A stretch of 64,000 bases of DNA, from positions 1,376,001 to 1,440,000 of the forward strand of contig OY970309.1 in assembly GCA_963716395.1 (NCBI GenBank), in the 5' to 3' direction. This DNA is from an uncultured Fibrobacteria bacterium. GTDB lineage: Bacteria > Fibrobacterota > Fibrobacteria > UBA11236. The translations under genes and the position numbers were made by a program. The notes under the pieces were generated by a model. The model saw only the letters and a list, made by a program, of their open reading frames with translations, did not search any database and had not been told where the DNA came from. The stretch's first letter is position 1. Every line of letters starts with the position of its first letter. Positions 62,189-64,000 of this stretch are shown piece after piece.

Positions 62189-62910
62189 TTCCCCGCGTCC
62201 GGGTAATAAAGATCGAGCAACGATTTGTTGACGCCGGGAGCGCCGAACATCGGCAGGCCGCGTTTCTGCATGATGTTGTCGAGGTTGTGCACGTCGGGTT
62301 TGGCAATCTCCTTGATCTCCCCGTAAGGCGCCGCGGCGGTCAAGGTCACCGAGGTCATTTCCAACAGCTCGGTGGTCATCATGCACCATTCGATATCCCA
62401 GGAACTCATGATTACCAAGCCGTGGTTTTCCATCAAGAAGGCGTTGTATTTGGGCAAATACGGGTTGAAGTTGTCGGCCAGCCGCTGGGTCAGCGGTTCG
62501 CCGTAAGGCACCACGGGCACCGGCCCCACTTCGGTGGTGGTTTCGGGAAAGATGGGCCGCATCAACAGATTTTTGTTTTTGGTGATGGCGAAGGCGTTGG
62601 TGTAGGGCGGGTGGCAATGCACCACCGACTTCACGTCGGGGCGGCTCTTAAAGAAGTTGATATACATGGGCGTTTCCCCCGTGGGCCGGCGCGCGCCTTC
62701 TTTCTTGTTGCCGGCCATGTCCAGGAAGACCAAATCCTCGAGGGTGATATCACCTTTGTTCATCTGCGTGGGGGTGATCAACATCAGGTCGGGCTCCAGC
62801 TTCCACGCAGCGTTCCCCCCATGCCCGGTCACATACATGAGTTGGCTTAACTTATGGCAGACTTTAAGGAATATTTCCGCCTTCGACCGATAATCATCCA
62901 ATAATCGCAT
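62185..62910 (-). CDS. Class II aldolase/adducin family protein
   Basis: GGN, ITPT, E, HCHP and LMENHG zinc motifs. Confidence 0.9.
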   Translation of the reverse strand: MRLLDDYRSKAEIFLKVCHKLSQLMYVTGHGGNAAWKLEPDLMLITPTQMNKGDITLEDLVFLDMAGNKKEGARRPTGETPMYINFFKSRPDVKSVVHCHPPYTNAFAITKNKNLLMRPIFPETTTEVGPVPVVPYGEPLTQRLADNFNPYLPKYNAFLMENHGLVIMSSWDIEWCMMTTELLEMTSVTLTAAAPYGEIKEIAKPDVHNLDNIMQKRGLPMFGAPGVNKSLLDLYYPDAGK

Positions 62911-63014
62911 TTCTAACCCCCCTTGACGGCACGCCGGTGTTTAAAAATTAAGATACCGACGGCAGACCGAAAAAACGGCGGTGGATCTGCTGAAAACATG
63001 TACAATCCTGCTGC

Positions 63015-63857
63015 ATGAAACCTGCGCTTAACCGTTTCGGGGGCGACCTTGTGGCCGGTACCAGCCATTACGCGCTGGAGGCGCATGGGCCCACGCTGCG
63101 TCCCACAGGCCTCAATAACTGGGTGCTCAATCTGACCCTTCAGGGGCGCGGCCGGGTCAATTCCGGCGGGGCGCGTTTCTTCACCGCCGAGGGCGATGTT
63201 CTGCTGTTTCCGCCCCATGTTCCGCACGATTACGACCATGCGCCTCCGGCCGCCCGCTGGACCCATCTCTGGATTTATTTCAACCCCCATGAGCATTGGG
63301 TTCCGCTTTTGCATTGGCCGGCGCGCGGGGCTGGCGTGTTGGGCTTTGCGCTTTCCGACCCGGCCACGCGGCGGCGGGTGCGGCGCGCCATGGAACGGTG
63401 CCTGTCCCTCTATCGTTCGCCGCATCGCAACCGTCTGGCTTTCTGTGCCAACGCCCTGGAAGAAGCCCTGCTCTGGTGCGACACGCTGAATCCGTTCTCC
63501 AGCGGTTCGGTCCGCGACGCGCGCATCGATCAGGCCGTGGCCCTCATACTCAAGCACTACGCCCAGGGGTTGAATGCGACTGCGCTGGCCCGCGAATGCC
63601 ACCTCTCGGTGTCGCGTTTCGCCCATCTTTTCCGCCAGACCACGGGCATGTCACCTTTGCGTTACCGGGAAAATCTGCGCATCTGGAAGGCGCAGGAACT
63701 GCTGATCGGCACGACCCGCTCGGTCAAGGAGATCAGCCGGGAGGTGGGCTTCGCCGATCCGCTGTATTTCTCCAAAGTGTTCCGCAAAAACCTCGGGGCC
63801 GGGCCGAAGGACTTTCGCCGCGACTCCCAGGCCCGGCGTACGGACCGCAAAGCCTAA
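63015..63857 (+). CDS. AraC-family transcriptional regulator (arabinose-binding-type N-domain)
   Basis: RPTGLNNWVLNLT..G, PHDY, WTHLWIYF; LSVSRFAHLF; VGFADPLYFSKVFRK. Confidence 0.92.
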   Translation: MKPALNRFGGDLVAGTSHYALEAHGPTLRPTGLNNWVLNLTLQGRGRVNSGGARFFTAEGDVLLFPPHVPHDYDHAPPAARWTHLWIYFNPHEHWVPLLHWPARGAGVLGFALSDPATRRRVRRAMERCLSLYRSPHRNRLAFCANALEEALLWCDTLNPFSSGSVRDARIDQAVALILKHYAQGLNATALARECHLSVSRFAHLFRQTTGMSPLRYRENLRIWKAQELLIGTTRSVKEISREVGFADPLYFSKVFRKNLGAGPKDFRRDSQARRTDRKA

Positions 63858-63861
63858 GAGG

Positions 63862-63887
63862 CGCCGGGAACGGATTCCGGCTTATTT
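63862..63887 (+). terminator. Possible intrinsic terminator after araC-like gene
   Basis: GCCGG(G)AA-CGGA-TTCCGGC hairpin followed by TTATTT. Confidence 0.4.
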
Positions 63888-64000
63888 GATCGCGGCCAGG
63901 TGGGTTCCGGGATAATAGGCCGCCAGAATCTGTTCGGCGTTTTGGCCGGCTGCGGCGCGGCCCAAGGCCCCCATTTGACACATGCCGATGCCGTGGCCGA

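Overview
GC-rich bacterial chromosome segment, most likely Fibrobacterota. The basis is a TIGR02147/DUF4423-type gene followed by its typical lipoprotein, plus five secreted proteins ending in T9SS-like 'DLxGR...G(I/L/V)YL' C-terminal domains; the taxonomy is inferred. In order, the window holds: rhodanese, a beta-hydroxyacid dehydrogenase and ettA; a secreted PQQ-type sugar dehydrogenase; a double DUF3857/transglutaminase protein; a tamB-tamA-like pair with a nearby bamE-like gene and three single-base frameshifts within about 1 kb; a VIT-like secreted protein with a beta-barrel partner; a triheme cytochrome c; a probable phosphorus-scavenging operon (beta-helix protein, TonB receptor, purple acid phosphatase); a TIGR02147 locus; a 6.35-kb block bounded by a 67-bp direct repeat that carries a secreted DUF1080 protein and three tandem paralogs of an unrecognised outer-membrane barrel family; a pgm-glgX-HAD-ackA-xfp-aldolase-P3A H+-ATPase operon; tRNA-Ala(UGC); a Phd/VapC toxin-antitoxin pair; a nickel homeostasis locus (NikR box, nikMN-Q-O, rcnA-like, nikR and an unannotated 101-aa protein with 31 His); and an AraC-linked polyol/sugar catabolic operon. 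Best novelty candidates are the repeat-bounded DUF1080 plus triple-barrel cassette and the nikR-coupled (His-X)n protein. All family calls come from motif recognition by eye; no database searches were run.
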